DNA from: an uncultured Candidatus Saccharibacteria bacterium | GTDB lineage: Bacteria; Patescibacteriota; Minisyncoccia; Minisyncoccales; CAZBVF01 | DNA length: 57,663 bases | Direction of reading: 5' to 3' | Assembly (NCBI GenBank): GCA_964553275.1 | Contig: CAZKKG010000002.1 | Span: 1 to 57,663 of the forward strand | Shown: positions 36,528-45,895 of the stretch, one piece after another | Layout: every line of letters begins with the position of its first letter | Position numbering within the stretch: position 1 is the stretch's first letter | The notes under the pieces: generated by a model | What the model was told of the DNA's origin: nothing | Databases searched by the model: none | The model's input: the letters and a program-made list of their open reading frames with translations, nothing else | Translations under genes and position numbers: made by a program

Positions 36528-36876
36528 TTAATTTAAACTTTAATCTTTTAATTTGCTCTGAACGCAACTTATTATCAGGCATCATTCCCAAGACAGCTCT
36601 CCTAAGAACTTCCGAGGGTCTTTTTTCAAAGAGTTTTTTCAAAGGAATTTCCTTTAATCCTCCAAGATATCCGCTGTGCCGGTAATATTTCTTATTTTTC
36701 ATTTTCTTTCCGGTAACCTTAACCTTTTCGATGTTTTCTATAAAAACAGTATCTCCCATGTCTTTATATGGCACAAAGTCAGGCTTGTGTTTGCCCCGCA
36801 GTAATACTGCTATCTGAACCGCCAGTCTGCCCAATATTCTGTTTTCAGCATTAATAGTATGAATTTCTCTTTTCAT
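36502..36876 (-). CDS. rplM: 50S ribosomal protein L13
   Basis: ILGRLAVQIAVLLRGKHKPDF, YYRHSGYLGGLK, and a position upstream of rpsI. Confidence 0.9.
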   Translation of the reverse strand: MKREIHTINAENRILGRLAVQIAVLLRGKHKPDFVPYKDMGDTVFIENIEKVKVTGKKMKNKKYYRHSGYLGGLKEIPLKKLFEKRPSEVLRRAVLGMMPDNKLRSEQIKRLKFKLNAKSQKNG

Positions 36877-36899
36877 TTGATTCTCGCAGTTTTAAAATA

Positions 36900-37256
36900 T
36901 TATTTCACTAATTCGATTACAGCTGTTCTTGCTCCATCGGACATTCTCCGCCCCATTTTTACAATTCTGGTGTACCCTCCTTTCCTTTTTTCATATCTTG
37001 GAGCAATCTCTTCTATAAGTTTCTTCACCGTTTTTTCAGAAAAGGATTTTAATAATTGGCGCCGCGCGGATAAATTGTTACTCTTTGCTTTTGTTATGCA
37101 TTTCTCCACAAACGGACGAAGCTCTTTTGCTTTAGCCTCGGTTGTCTCAATCTTTTCTTTTAAAATAAAGCTGCGTGCAAGTGTTTTAAACAAAGCTTTG
37201 CGCTGTTGTCCTTTTCTATTAAATTTTTTCCCTTTTTTAAGTTTGCGCATTTTCAA
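36900..37256 (-). CDS. rplQ: 50S ribosomal protein L17
   Basis: KLKKGKKFNRKGQQRKALFKTLARSFILKEKIETT...GGYTRIVK, located downstream of rpoA. Confidence 0.9.
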   Translation of the reverse strand: MKMRKLKKGKKFNRKGQQRKALFKTLARSFILKEKIETTEAKAKELRPFVEKCITKAKSNNLSARRQLLKSFSEKTVKKLIEEIAPRYEKRKGGYTRIVKMGRRMSDGARTAVIELVK

Positions 37257-37265
37257 AAACTAACT

Positions 37266-38240
37266 TTATTCTTTAAGTTCAAGGCCTAGCTTCTTTACAA
37301 TCTTTTTAATTTCTTTTACCCCTCCTTCTCCCATGCCTTCAAGCTCTAAAATATCCTGCTCGGATTTTTTCAAGATGTTTCCTAAAGTCTTAATGTTATT
37401 TTTGGAAAGAGCATTTTGGGTTCTTGTAGAAAGCTTTAAATCTTCTATTTTAGTTTTCGTTATATCCTCTTTTGCTTCTGTTTTTTTCTCTGAACCCTTC
37501 TTTGCTTCTTTTTCTTTTTTACCTTCCGGTTTGACTTTTTTAGTCTCTCCAATAACATTTTCTTTAATTAAATCAAAATGCCTAATTAAAATTTCTGAAG
37601 CTTCATGCATGGCGGACTCCGGACTAATACTGCCGTCCGTTTCCATTTCCAGCTTAAGGCGATCGTAATCGGTTCTATCCTTAACCCTCATATTTTCAAC
37701 TTTAAAGTTCATCTTCCTAACGGGCGTGTAAATTGCATCCAAGGGAATTTCTCCTATCTCTAGTCTTTCTTTTTTCCTTATCTCGATAGGTTCATATCCC
37801 ACACCTTTCTCAACGGTAATATCAATCTTGATTTCTGATGACTTTGAAGTAAGGGTGCAAATATGGACTTCTTTGTTTATAAGCTCCAATTGCGTAGGAA
37901 TGGCAAAGTCAGAACCTTTCACTTCTTTTTCTCCTTTCACGGTAAGAGATGCCTGCTGGGGATCATCTTCAAACATTTTAAATCTTAGCTGTTTTAAGTT
38001 TAATAGAATGTTAATTATATCTTCTTTGACTCCGGGAACAGTTGAAAATTCATGCTGAACTCCTTTGATCTTTACTTTAGTAACAGCTGCGCCCTCCAAA
38101 GAAGACAGCAAGACTCTTCTAAGAGAGTTTCCAATAGTTGCTCCATATCCGGGATACAAGCCTTCGACCTCAAATAAGGCCCAGTTATCTTTTTTCTCAA
38201 CAATTTTTATTGATAAAGGTAAAGGAATCATATGTTTCAT
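37266..38240 (-). CDS. rpoA: DNA-directed RNA polymerase alpha subunit
   Basis: NTD (GYGATIGNSLRRVLLSSLEG), a Lys/Glu-rich linker, and CTD (LSTRTQNALSKNNIKTLGNI). Confidence 0.92.
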   Translation of the reverse strand: MKHMIPLPLSIKIVEKKDNWALFEVEGLYPGYGATIGNSLRRVLLSSLEGAAVTKVKIKGVQHEFSTVPGVKEDIINILLNLKQLRFKMFEDDPQQASLTVKGEKEVKGSDFAIPTQLELINKEVHICTLTSKSSEIKIDITVEKGVGYEPIEIRKKERLEIGEIPLDAIYTPVRKMNFKVENMRVKDRTDYDRLKLEMETDGSISPESAMHEASEILIRHFDLIKENVIGETKKVKPEGKKEKEAKKGSEKKTEAKEDITKTKIEDLKLSTRTQNALSKNNIKTLGNILKKSEQDILELEGMGEGGVKEIKKIVKKLGLELKE

Positions 38241-38301
38241 TTTAGCATTTAAGCATACGGTTATTTAAACAATTGTTTAAATAGTTAACGATTAAATGCC
38301 G

Positions 38302-38931
38302 TTAGCGAGAATAAAACTCAAATATTGTTGATATTTCCGCAATAGGACTTGCCTCTTCCAAAGAAGGCTTGCCCGTTACTTCTCCTTCCATTTTTACTTT
38401 ATTTAATTTTAACCATGAAGGAGCTTCGTATTTTTTAATAGTAGATGGTAAATCTTTAAAAACAGACTTTCCAAGAGAGCTTGGCTTAATCGATATCTTA
38501 TCTCCTACCTTAACCGCACAAGAAGGAATATTAACAACTCTGCCGTTTAACAAGAAATGCCTATGAGAGACAAGTTGGCGGGCTTTAGAATGAGAAGTTG
38601 CAAATCCCAATCTAAAAACTACATTATCTAGTCTTGTTTCCAATTCCTGAACCAAGTACTCAGCGGTATTCTCTACACTCTTGCGCTTTTTAAGGGCTAT
38701 TGCTACATATTTTGCAAACTGCCCTTCGCTTAAATTATACCAATTTCTGATTTTCTGCTTTTCCCGAAGTTCTTTTGCATATTCAGAAAAAGTCCTGGCT
38801 CTTCTCTTGCCCTTGTTTCCGGGAGGATAAGGTTTCCTTACCGTAGAACATTTAGCCGAAACACACCTTTCACCCTTTAAGAAAAGTTTTACGCCCAATC
38901 TTCTGCATGTTTTGCATTTGGTTGTTGCCAT
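38302..38931 (-). CDS. rpsD: 30S ribosomal protein S4
   Basis: N-terminal zinc-ribbon-like CKTCRRLG...CVSAKC and an S4 domain (RLDNVVFRLGFATSHSKARQLVSHRHF). Confidence 0.92.
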   Translation of the reverse strand: MATTKCKTCRRLGVKLFLKGERCVSAKCSTVRKPYPPGNKGKRRARTFSEYAKELREKQKIRNWYNLSEGQFAKYVAIALKKRKSVENTAEYLVQELETRLDNVVFRLGFATSHSKARQLVSHRHFLLNGRVVNIPSCAVKVGDKISIKPSSLGKSVFKDLPSTIKKYEAPSWLKLNKVKMEGEVTGKPSLEEASPIAEISTIFEFYSR

Positions 38932-38936
38932 ATTAA

Positions 38937-39392
38937 TTAAACGCGTCTTACTTTAGGAGGCCTGCACCCGTTGTGAGGAACCGGCGTAACGTCCTTGACA
39001 GAAATTATTTCAAATCCTTTCGCCGCCAAAGACCTTAAAGCAGAATCCCTGCCGGATCCTACTCCCTTCACAAAAATAGAGATCTTCCCTATCTTGAATT
39101 TATTAATCATCTCTGCCATAGCTCCTGCAACTTTAGAGGCAGCAAAAGGAGTTGCTTTTTTCGTTCCTTTAAAGCCGATACGTCCCGCACTTGTCCAAGC
39201 TAAAACGCCACCCTTGGGGTCAGTCAGCGTGATGATAATATTATTGTAAGTTGAAGAAATATATACTCTTCCTTCTTCAAATCTCGAAAAGGTAGCTTTG
39301 ATCTCACTTCCCTTATCAATTCTCCCCTCTATTGCATCCCTTTCTTTCAAAAGCTCTTCCTTACTCTTGCTTATAATTCTCTTTTTTCCCAT
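38937..39392 (-). CDS. rpsK: 30S ribosomal protein S11 (extended N-terminus)
   Basis: YISSTYNNIIITLTDPKGG...GSGRDSALRSL...DVTPVPHNGCRPPK. Confidence 0.92.
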   Translation of the reverse strand: MGKKRIISKSKEELLKERDAIEGRIDKGSEIKATFSRFEEGRVYISSTYNNIIITLTDPKGGVLAWTSAGRIGFKGTKKATPFAASKVAGAMAEMINKFKIGKISIFVKGVGSGRDSALRSLAAKGFEIISVKDVTPVPHNGCRPPKVRRV

Positions 39393-39401
39393 AAATATTT
39401 A

Positions 39402-39791
39402 TTATTTAGGACCTGGTGGTGGCTTTCTCCCAGAACCAACCGTTTTCCTTACATTCCCTCTTACTGTTCTGTTATTACTCTTTGTCCTTTGACCTCTTAC
39501 AGGCAAACCCTTAGCATGTCTGGTGCCTCTCCAGCATCCTATGTCTTTTAATCTCTTAATGGACAGCATCCGCTCTCGGCGCAATTCTCCTTCAATTTTA
39601 CATTCTTTTTCAATAACTTCCCTAAGCTTACCAATCTCCTGGACGGTAAGTTTTGAGGATTTCACAGTCGGGTCAATCTTAGCTAAAGTTAAGATTTTCC
39701 TACTGAAAGAAGGCCCTATCCCGTAAATGTAGGTTAAAGCGATTTCTATTTGTTTGTTATCAGGAATATTAATTCCTGCTATGCGCGGCAT
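39402..39791 (-). CDS. rpsM: 30S ribosomal protein S13
   Basis: MPRIAGINIPDNKQIEIALTYIYGIG...RGQRTKSNNRT. Confidence 0.93.
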   Translation of the reverse strand: MPRIAGINIPDNKQIEIALTYIYGIGPSFSRKILTLAKIDPTVKSSKLTVQEIGKLREVIEKECKIEGELRRERMLSIKRLKDIGCWRGTRHAKGLPVRGQRTKSNNRTVRGNVRKTVGSGRKPPPGPK

Positions 39792-39805
39792 AATTTTTTA
39801 TTAAC

Positions 39806-39919
39806 TTATCCTTGTCTTTGTTTATGTTTTGGATTTTTACAAATAACATGAACCCGTTTTTTTCGACGGACAATTTTACAATCCTTGCAAATTTTTTTAA
39901 CAGATGATCTTACTTTCAT
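39806..39919 (-). CDS. rpmJ: 50S ribosomal protein L36 (missing from the ORF track, below its size cut-off)
   Basis: Hand translation gives [37 protein letters not shown] plus TAA. Zinc-ribbon Cys/His pattern, and the canonical position between infA and rpsM. Confidence 0.92.
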   Translation of the reverse strand: MKVRSSVKKICKDCKIVRRKKRVHVICKNPKHKQRQG

Positions 39920-39983
39920 AAAATTATAAGATTTAAATAAAAAAATAAACACCCAAGTATTATATATTTAAATACCGATATCG

Positions 39984-40211
39984 TTATTTGTCTCTGTAAA
40001 CTATCCTTCCTTTCTCGTTGTCGTACTCGCTCATTTCAACGGTCACCCTATCACCCGGAAGCACTTTGATTCTGTGGATTCTTAATTTCCCCGCCAAATG
40101 GGCTAATATTTCTCCACCGTCATCCAGTTTAACCTTAAACAAAATATTCGGAAAAGCCTCTATCACAAGACCGGTCTTTCTAAAGATTTTCTTGTTTTCG
40201 TCTATATTCAT
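39984..40211 (-). CDS. infA: Translation initiation factor IF-1
   Basis: S1-like [51 protein letters not shown]. The likely start is the ATG at 40211 (MNIDENKK). Confidence 0.9.
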   Translation of the reverse strand: MNIDENKKIFRKTGLVIEAFPNILFKVKLDDGGEILAHLAGKLRIHRIKVLPGDRVTVEMSEYDNEKGRIVYRDK

Positions 40212-40309
40212 TAAACAAAAATAGAATAACAAAAAAAGTCAAATCGGTCAACCTTTTTAACCTTTTTTAGATATTTTACAATTGATTTCACCTTTAAAGA
40301 GATTTGGGG

Positions 40310-42715
40310 TCATTTAATTTTTGCGAGATTCAAAATAGTTTTAATTACCGTATCGGGATTTAGAGAAATGCTCTCAATTCCTTCTTTAACTAAAAACTCG
40401 GCAAATTCCGAATAGTCGCTCGGTGCTTGACCGCAAATTCCGCAGTATTTATTCTTCATATTGCAAGATCTAATAACTTTCCCAATCATCTTTTTCACGG
40501 CAAGATCCCTTTCGTCTCCGATTCCCTGCAAAGAAGCATTATCCCTGTCTATTCCTAAAGATAGCTGAGTCAAATCATTAGATCCAATACTGACTCCGTC
40601 AAATATTTTTAAAAACTCGTCGATCAGAATAACATTTGAAGGAACCTCACACATTACATAAACCTTTAATCCGTCCTTGCCCTTTTTAAGCCCTGCCTGC
40701 GTCATCAGCGACAAAACCTTTTTTGCCCCTTTAATCGTCCTGCAAAAAGGAATCATTAACTCAATATTTTTTAATCCAAAGACATTACGGACTCTTTTTA
40801 TGGATTCGCATTCCATTAAAAAAGCCGGTTTAAATCTTTCATCATAATATCTTGATGCTCCCCGCCAACCTAACGTCGGATTCTCTTCGTTTCCAGGCTC
40901 AAACAATCCTCCGCCAATTAATTTTGCATATTCATTTGTTTTAAAGTCAGAAAATCTGACAATCACCGGCTTCGGCCAAAAGGCGGCCCCAATCTGGGCG
41001 ACCCCTTCAGCTAATTCTTTAATAAAATATTCTTTTTTATCCTTATGTTCAACTGTAATTTCATCAATTTTTCTGACAATCTTTAAAGTTTCCTTATCTT
41101 TTGATTTTTTAAGTTTCTTATAATTATAAAGGGCCAAAGGATGAACTTTGATTTTTTCAGCAATTATAAATTCTTCCCTTGCAAGCCCCACTCCTTCAAC
41201 CGGCAAGAAGGAAGTTTTGAAAGCAATTTCCGGAGCCCCTATATTAACCATTATCTTTGTTTTGAATTTCGGAATTTTTCCCAGATCATATTTCTTGACT
41301 TTAAAAGGAATCTTTCCTTCAAAGATTCTGCCATTTAATCCTTGAGTGCAGTCAACCGTTACTATCTGACCGGTCTTAAGCAACTTAGTTGCCTTTTCAG
41401 TTCCCACAATACACGGAATGCCGAGCTCTCTTGCAACAATAGCGCTGTGACACGTCTTACCGCCTTCATCAGTAACAATAGCTGAAGACAAGTGCATAAT
41501 ACTTACCCAATCAGGATCAGTCATTTTAGTCACTAAAACTTCTCCTTTTTTGAATTCAGACATTTTAGAAACATCAGAAATTATATTGACTTTTCCAATA
41601 CCAATTTTATCGCCAATAGCCGTACCAATTAAGACGGGCTTCTTTTTCGTTTTTATTTCATGTTCTTCATAAGCCAGTGTCTTTTTTGAAGAATAAATCG
41701 TTTCTGGCCTTGATTGCACAATAAAAAGTTGTCCGGTTTTCCCATCTTTTGCCCATTCCAGGTCTTGAGGAATCCCATAATGTTTTTCAATTAAGCATCC
41801 CCATTTTGCTAATGTCAAAATCTCCTCATCAGTTAAGGAAAAATCAAATTGTTTTTTAACGGGAACAGAAACTTCTTTTAATCCTCCTTTCTTATTGTAA
41901 ATATGTTTCTTGTTTTTTCTTCCCAGATTTTTAAGAATAATTGGTTTGTATTTTTTATTACCATGTCCTTGAAGGGTTGGTTTAAAAACAAAAAATTCAT
42001 CAGGCGTAATCTGCCCTTTAACAATCATCTCCCCTATTCCATAAATTGAATTTATTAAAACTACATTTCTAAAACCTGTTTCTGTATCAAGCGTAAACAT
42101 TACGCCTGAACATGCCAAGTCGCTTCTTACCATTTTCTGAACACATACAGAAAGAGCAATTTTCAAATGATCAAATCCTTTTTCCTCACGATAAGAAATA
42201 GCGCGAGCATTAAATAAAGATGCTAAACATTTTTTAACTGATTTAAACAAATCTTCCTCTCCTCTGACATTTAAATATGTCTCGTGGGCTCCTGCGAAAC
42301 TCGCCGTCGGGAGGTCTTCAGCAGTCGCCGAGGAACGTACGGCAACATCTGCAAATCTTTCGCCATAATTCTTTGATAAAATTTTATATCTTTCCAAAAT
42401 CTCTTTTTTCAAATCTTGAGGAATTTTCCCCTGTAAAATAATCTTTCTTGCTTCCTTACTTGTTTTTTCTAAACTCTTTATACTCTTAGGATTGAATTTA
42501 TCAAATACCTCCTTTATCTTTTTATCAATTTTATTCGCTTTAAGATAATACCAATATACCTTTGAAGTCAACGCAAATCCGTTTGGAATATTAATTCCTT
42601 TTTTTACAAGTTTTGAATACATTTCTCCTAAAGAAGCATTTTTCCCTCCAACAATAGGAGTATCATTTTTTGTAATTTCTTTAAACCAAAGAATATTTTT
42701 CTCTTTTTTATTCAT
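40310..42715 (-). CDS. ppsA: Phosphoenolpyruvate synthase (pyruvate, water dikinase)
   Basis: GGKNASLGEM, phospho-His domain GGKTCHSAIVARELGIPCIVG, and a C-terminal PEP-utilising barrel (SIGSNDLTQL); 801 aa. Confidence 0.88.
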   Translation of the reverse strand: MNKKEKNILWFKEITKNDTPIVGGKNASLGEMYSKLVKKGINIPNGFALTSKVYWYYLKANKIDKKIKEVFDKFNPKSIKSLEKTSKEARKIILQGKIPQDLKKEILERYKILSKNYGERFADVAVRSSATAEDLPTASFAGAHETYLNVRGEEDLFKSVKKCLASLFNARAISYREEKGFDHLKIALSVCVQKMVRSDLACSGVMFTLDTETGFRNVVLINSIYGIGEMIVKGQITPDEFFVFKPTLQGHGNKKYKPIILKNLGRKNKKHIYNKKGGLKEVSVPVKKQFDFSLTDEEILTLAKWGCLIEKHYGIPQDLEWAKDGKTGQLFIVQSRPETIYSSKKTLAYEEHEIKTKKKPVLIGTAIGDKIGIGKVNIISDVSKMSEFKKGEVLVTKMTDPDWVSIMHLSSAIVTDEGGKTCHSAIVARELGIPCIVGTEKATKLLKTGQIVTVDCTQGLNGRIFEGKIPFKVKKYDLGKIPKFKTKIMVNIGAPEIAFKTSFLPVEGVGLAREEFIIAEKIKVHPLALYNYKKLKKSKDKETLKIVRKIDEITVEHKDKKEYFIKELAEGVAQIGAAFWPKPVIVRFSDFKTNEYAKLIGGGLFEPGNEENPTLGWRGASRYYDERFKPAFLMECESIKRVRNVFGLKNIELMIPFCRTIKGAKKVLSLMTQAGLKKGKDGLKVYVMCEVPSNVILIDEFLKIFDGVSIGSNDLTQLSLGIDRDNASLQGIGDERDLAVKKMIGKVIRSCNMKNKYCGICGQAPSDYSEFAEFLVKEGIESISLNPDTVIKTILNLAKIK

Positions 42716-42725
42716 GTCCTTATAT

Positions 42726-43775
42726 TTATTTATTTATGCATTTGAGCGCTTCCTCAGCTATTGCTAATTCTTCATTCGTTTTTATAGATAAAACTTTTGT
42801 ATTTTTTAAAATATTTAGGTTTTTACAAACCATATTTCTAATTTTCAGCGATCCGTATCCAATTGTACCCGTAAAAACCAATAAATCACAACCGTTTAAA
42901 ACAGCATAATAACTTCCAATATATTTCCTAATTTTATAGACAAAGATGTTAAGAGCCAATTTTGCTTTTTTGTCTCCTCTTCTTGCTTTTTCTAAAACCT
43001 TGAGCATTTCTTTTTCACCGCAAATTGCTTTAATTCCTGATTCAAAGTTTAAAATTTCATCTGTTTTTTCTACGGAAAACCTTTCCACTAATTGCAAAAC
43101 AATCCCTGCATCAATATCGCCTGCACGAGTCATCATTAACAACCCCGCCATTGGCGTAAACCCCATTGAAGTATCAATTGCTTTTCCATTCTTTACGGCC
43201 GTAATACTCGAACCGCCTCCCAAGTGACAAGTAATAATTTTTAGTTTCTTAAACGGCTTTTTTACTTTTTTACTGGCTTCTTTAGCGGCAAACTTATGAG
43301 AAATTCCATGAAATCCAAATCTTTGAAATCCAAACTCTTTTTTTATATATCCTGGCAAGGCATAAACAGAAGCTTTTTCCGGCAAATCTTTATAAAAACT
43401 CGTATCAAAAACAGCTATTTGCTTTACGTTTGGAAAAATCTTCTTGGCTATTCCTACGCCCAAGACGTTAAAAGGATTATGCAGAGGAGCAAGTTTGTTA
43501 AATCTTTTTAATTCTTTCAAGTTTTCTTCTGTAATCAAGGTCGGCTCCCTGAATTTCTTTCCTCCATGAACTATTCTATGTCCTATTACTTTTACGTCCT
43601 TCTTGTAATTAATTACTTTCTTTAGTTCTTTAATTAAAGTTTTCTCATAATTTTTAACATCAAAGACATTCGCTTCTCCCTGTTTTTTTAATTTCAAACC
43701 AGATCCAGAATTTCTTTTGCATTCAAACAATTTCCATTTTATTGATTGGCTCCCGCAATTTAAAACTAAAATCAT
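42726..43775 (-). CDS. ackA: Acetate kinase (short form)
   Basis: ILVLNCGSQSIKWKLF, HRIVHGG, FGFHGISH. The ATG at 43775 overlaps the pduL TGA (ATGA); the track start at 43787 is a TTG. Confidence 0.85.
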   Translation of the reverse strand: MILVLNCGSQSIKWKLFECKRNSGSGLKLKKQGEANVFDVKNYEKTLIKELKKVINYKKDVKVIGHRIVHGGKKFREPTLITEENLKELKRFNKLAPLHNPFNVLGVGIAKKIFPNVKQIAVFDTSFYKDLPEKASVYALPGYIKKEFGFQRFGFHGISHKFAAKEASKKVKKPFKKLKIITCHLGGGSSITAVKNGKAIDTSMGFTPMAGLLMMTRAGDIDAGIVLQLVERFSVEKTDEILNFESGIKAICGEKEMLKVLEKARRGDKKAKLALNIFVYKIRKYIGSYYAVLNGCDLLVFTGTIGYGSLKIRNMVCKNLNILKNTKVLSIKTNEELAIAEEALKCINK

Positions 43776-44350
43776 AATTCTGAACAAAGTTCTCCTTTCC
43801 CTTTTTTAAATATTCCAGCTGCATTCCCCTCGTCAGTGTCAAGATGTAGAGAAAGTTTATAGTCTCGTTTAGCCCTAACCTTTATATTATGAAACGTTAT
43901 CCCTCTTTTTCCTTCGACCTTCACAGATATAAAAGTTCCGTTCTTAAGATTTAATAATTTCGCCTCATTCGGACTGCAATGCAAATGTCTTTGAGCAATA
44001 ATTACTCCTTGTTTAATCTTTAATTTCTTTTTCCCCTTAATTAAAACTGCTCCGGGGGTTCCTTTCAGATTACCTGACAATCTTAGTACCGGCCTAACAC
44101 CCATATTAAAAACATCTGTCAAAGATATTTCAATCTGAGTTTCTTTGCGAACAGGACCAACTATCCTAATGCCTCTAATAATTTTATTTCCAATTTTAAT
44201 ATCTATTTTCTCTTTGGCAGCAAAATCATCTGCTTGGCTTAATTTTTTCAATTTCTTTAACTGATATTCTCTGCCGAAAAGCACTTCTAAGTCTTTCTGG
44301 CATAGGTGAATATGCCTGGCTGAAATTTCAATTGGAATTTTCTTGTCCAT
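43772..44350 (-). CDS. pduL: PduL-type phosphate acyltransferase (phosphotransacetylase analogue)
   Basis: Duplicated PduL signature: IPIEISARHIHLCQKDLEVLFG and a second RHLHCSPNEAKLLNL. Confidence 0.8.
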   Translation of the reverse strand: MDKKIPIEISARHIHLCQKDLEVLFGREYQLKKLKKLSQADDFAAKEKIDIKIGNKIIRGIRIVGPVRKETQIEISLTDVFNMGVRPVLRLSGNLKGTPGAVLIKGKKKLKIKQGVIIAQRHLHCSPNEAKLLNLKNGTFISVKVEGKRGITFHNIKVRAKRDYKLSLHLDTDEGNAAGIFKKGKGELCSEL

Positions 44351-44408
44351 GTTTATAGAAATTATTCTCGTATGATTTTATTATATCCTAAATCTGAAAA
44401 AGTAACAA

Positions 44409-44437
44409 AAGCGGACAAAGAAGTCTCTTGCCCGCTT
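44409..44437 (-). terminator. Intrinsic terminator after gap
   Basis: On the minus-strand RNA, AAGCGGGCAA pairs with UUGUCCGCUU (10 bp including one G-U), followed by UUUGUU. Confidence 0.6.
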
Positions 44438-44457
44438 AAAACTTTTGAAAGCAGAAC

Positions 44458-45483
44458 CTATATTTTCTTTGATATATAACATGCAAACTCAGCAAGACGC
44501 GCTGAATAAGCAAATTCATTGTCGTACCAAGCCAGGACTTTAATTAAATTTCCATTAATCACTTTCGTATTATCTGCGTCAACTATAGATGAATAGGAGT
44601 TGCCGATATAGTCGGAAGAAACCAAAGGAGCATCCTCTATTCCTAAAATGCCTTTTAGGGATTCTTTTTGAGAAGCCTTTTTAAAAACAAAGTTTACTTC
44701 TTCGGCATCAGTCTTCTTCTCTACCTGACAGACAAAATCCAGAATAGAAACCACAGGCGTTGGAACTCTCAAAGCAATACCGTCAAGCTTTCCATCTACT
44801 TCCGGAATTACTTTGCCGATGGCCTTTGCTGCTCCAGTCGTGGTGGGAATAATATTTATAGCAGCTGCTCTCGCTCTCCTTAAATCTTTATGAGGCAGGT
44901 CTAAAATTTTCTGGTCATTGGTATAACTGTGGACTGTAGTCATGAACCCCTTAACTATTCCAAACTCATCATTTAAAACCTTAACCACCGGAGCCAAGCA
45001 ATTGGTGGTACAAGAACCCATATCCATAACATCATCTTTTTTAGGGTCAAACTTCTCGTGATTCACTCCTAGGATAAACGAAGGAATTGAAGGACTTTTA
45101 CCGGGAGCTGAAATTATTACTTTCTTTGCCCCGGCTTCAATATGTTTTCCTGCACCTTCCAAATCCCTAAATACGCCCGTGCATTCCAAAACTATATCCA
45201 CTCCCATTCTTTTCCAAGGCAATTTTCCGGGATCCTTTTCTTTGAGAACCTCGATTTTCTTTTCTCCTCTTCCACCGTCTAATAGAAGGAAATTCTTACG
45301 GGTTCTGATAGGTTTCTTGTATATTCCGTATAAAGAATCATATTTTAAAAGATGGCACAAAACATTAGCATCGGTAAGGTCATTGATGGCAACCACATCC
45401 AAATCGGGACAATCCTCAATGATTTTCTTAAAAGCGCATCTGCCAATTCGTCCAAAACCATTAATGGCAATTTTAGTTGGCAT
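44458..45483 (-). CDS. gap: Glyceraldehyde-3-phosphate dehydrogenase
   Basis: INGFGRIGR Rossmann start and the active site SCTTNCLAP. Confidence 0.93.
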   Translation of the reverse strand: MPTKIAINGFGRIGRCAFKKIIEDCPDLDVVAINDLTDANVLCHLLKYDSLYGIYKKPIRTRKNFLLLDGGRGEKKIEVLKEKDPGKLPWKRMGVDIVLECTGVFRDLEGAGKHIEAGAKKVIISAPGKSPSIPSFILGVNHEKFDPKKDDVMDMGSCTTNCLAPVVKVLNDEFGIVKGFMTTVHSYTNDQKILDLPHKDLRRARAAAINIIPTTTGAAKAIGKVIPEVDGKLDGIALRVPTPVVSILDFVCQVEKKTDAEEVNFVFKKASQKESLKGILGIEDAPLVSSDYIGNSYSSIVDADNTKVINGNLIKVLAWYDNEFAYSARLAEFACYISKKI

Positions 45484-45492
45484 ATGTTTTTA

Positions 45493-45732
45493 TTATTCTT
45501 TAATTTTTAAAAGCTCTAATATTTTTCTTTTATCAAATCCTACTACGATATTATTATCAATCTCAACCACGGGAACACCCATCTGTTCCGACTTCTTTAT
45601 CATTTCCTCTCTTGCTCTATCGTCAACAGAAACATCAATATCTTCAAATTCTACATCATTTTGTTTAAAAAATTCTTTTAGTGCTATACAGTAAGGACAC
45701 ACGGGAGTTGAAAATATTTTAACTTTTCTCAT
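45493..45732 (-). CDS. Glutaredoxin/NrdH-like small redoxin
   Basis: 79 aa, CPYC active site after the first strand, GVPVV motif. Confidence 0.75.
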   Translation of the reverse strand: MRKVKIFSTPVCPYCIALKEFFKQNDVEFEDIDVSVDDRAREEMIKKSEQMGVPVVEIDNNIVVGFDKRKILELLKIKE

Positions 45733-45847
45733 AGATGAATATTTATATTTAGTTCATAGATTTATTTGAAGATTCCGACTTATTCTCCAAAACCTCTTCC
45801 CTTATTCTAACATATTTTTTCCAAGAACAATAAAGTAATCAACTTAA

Positions 45848-45866
45848 AAAGGGGCAAAGCCCCTTT
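45848..45866. terminator. Intrinsic terminator
   Basis: AAAGGGGC / AAA / GCCCCTTT. Confidence 0.6.
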
Positions 45867-45895
45867 CAAGTTAAATGTTTTTAAAATTTCCAAAC

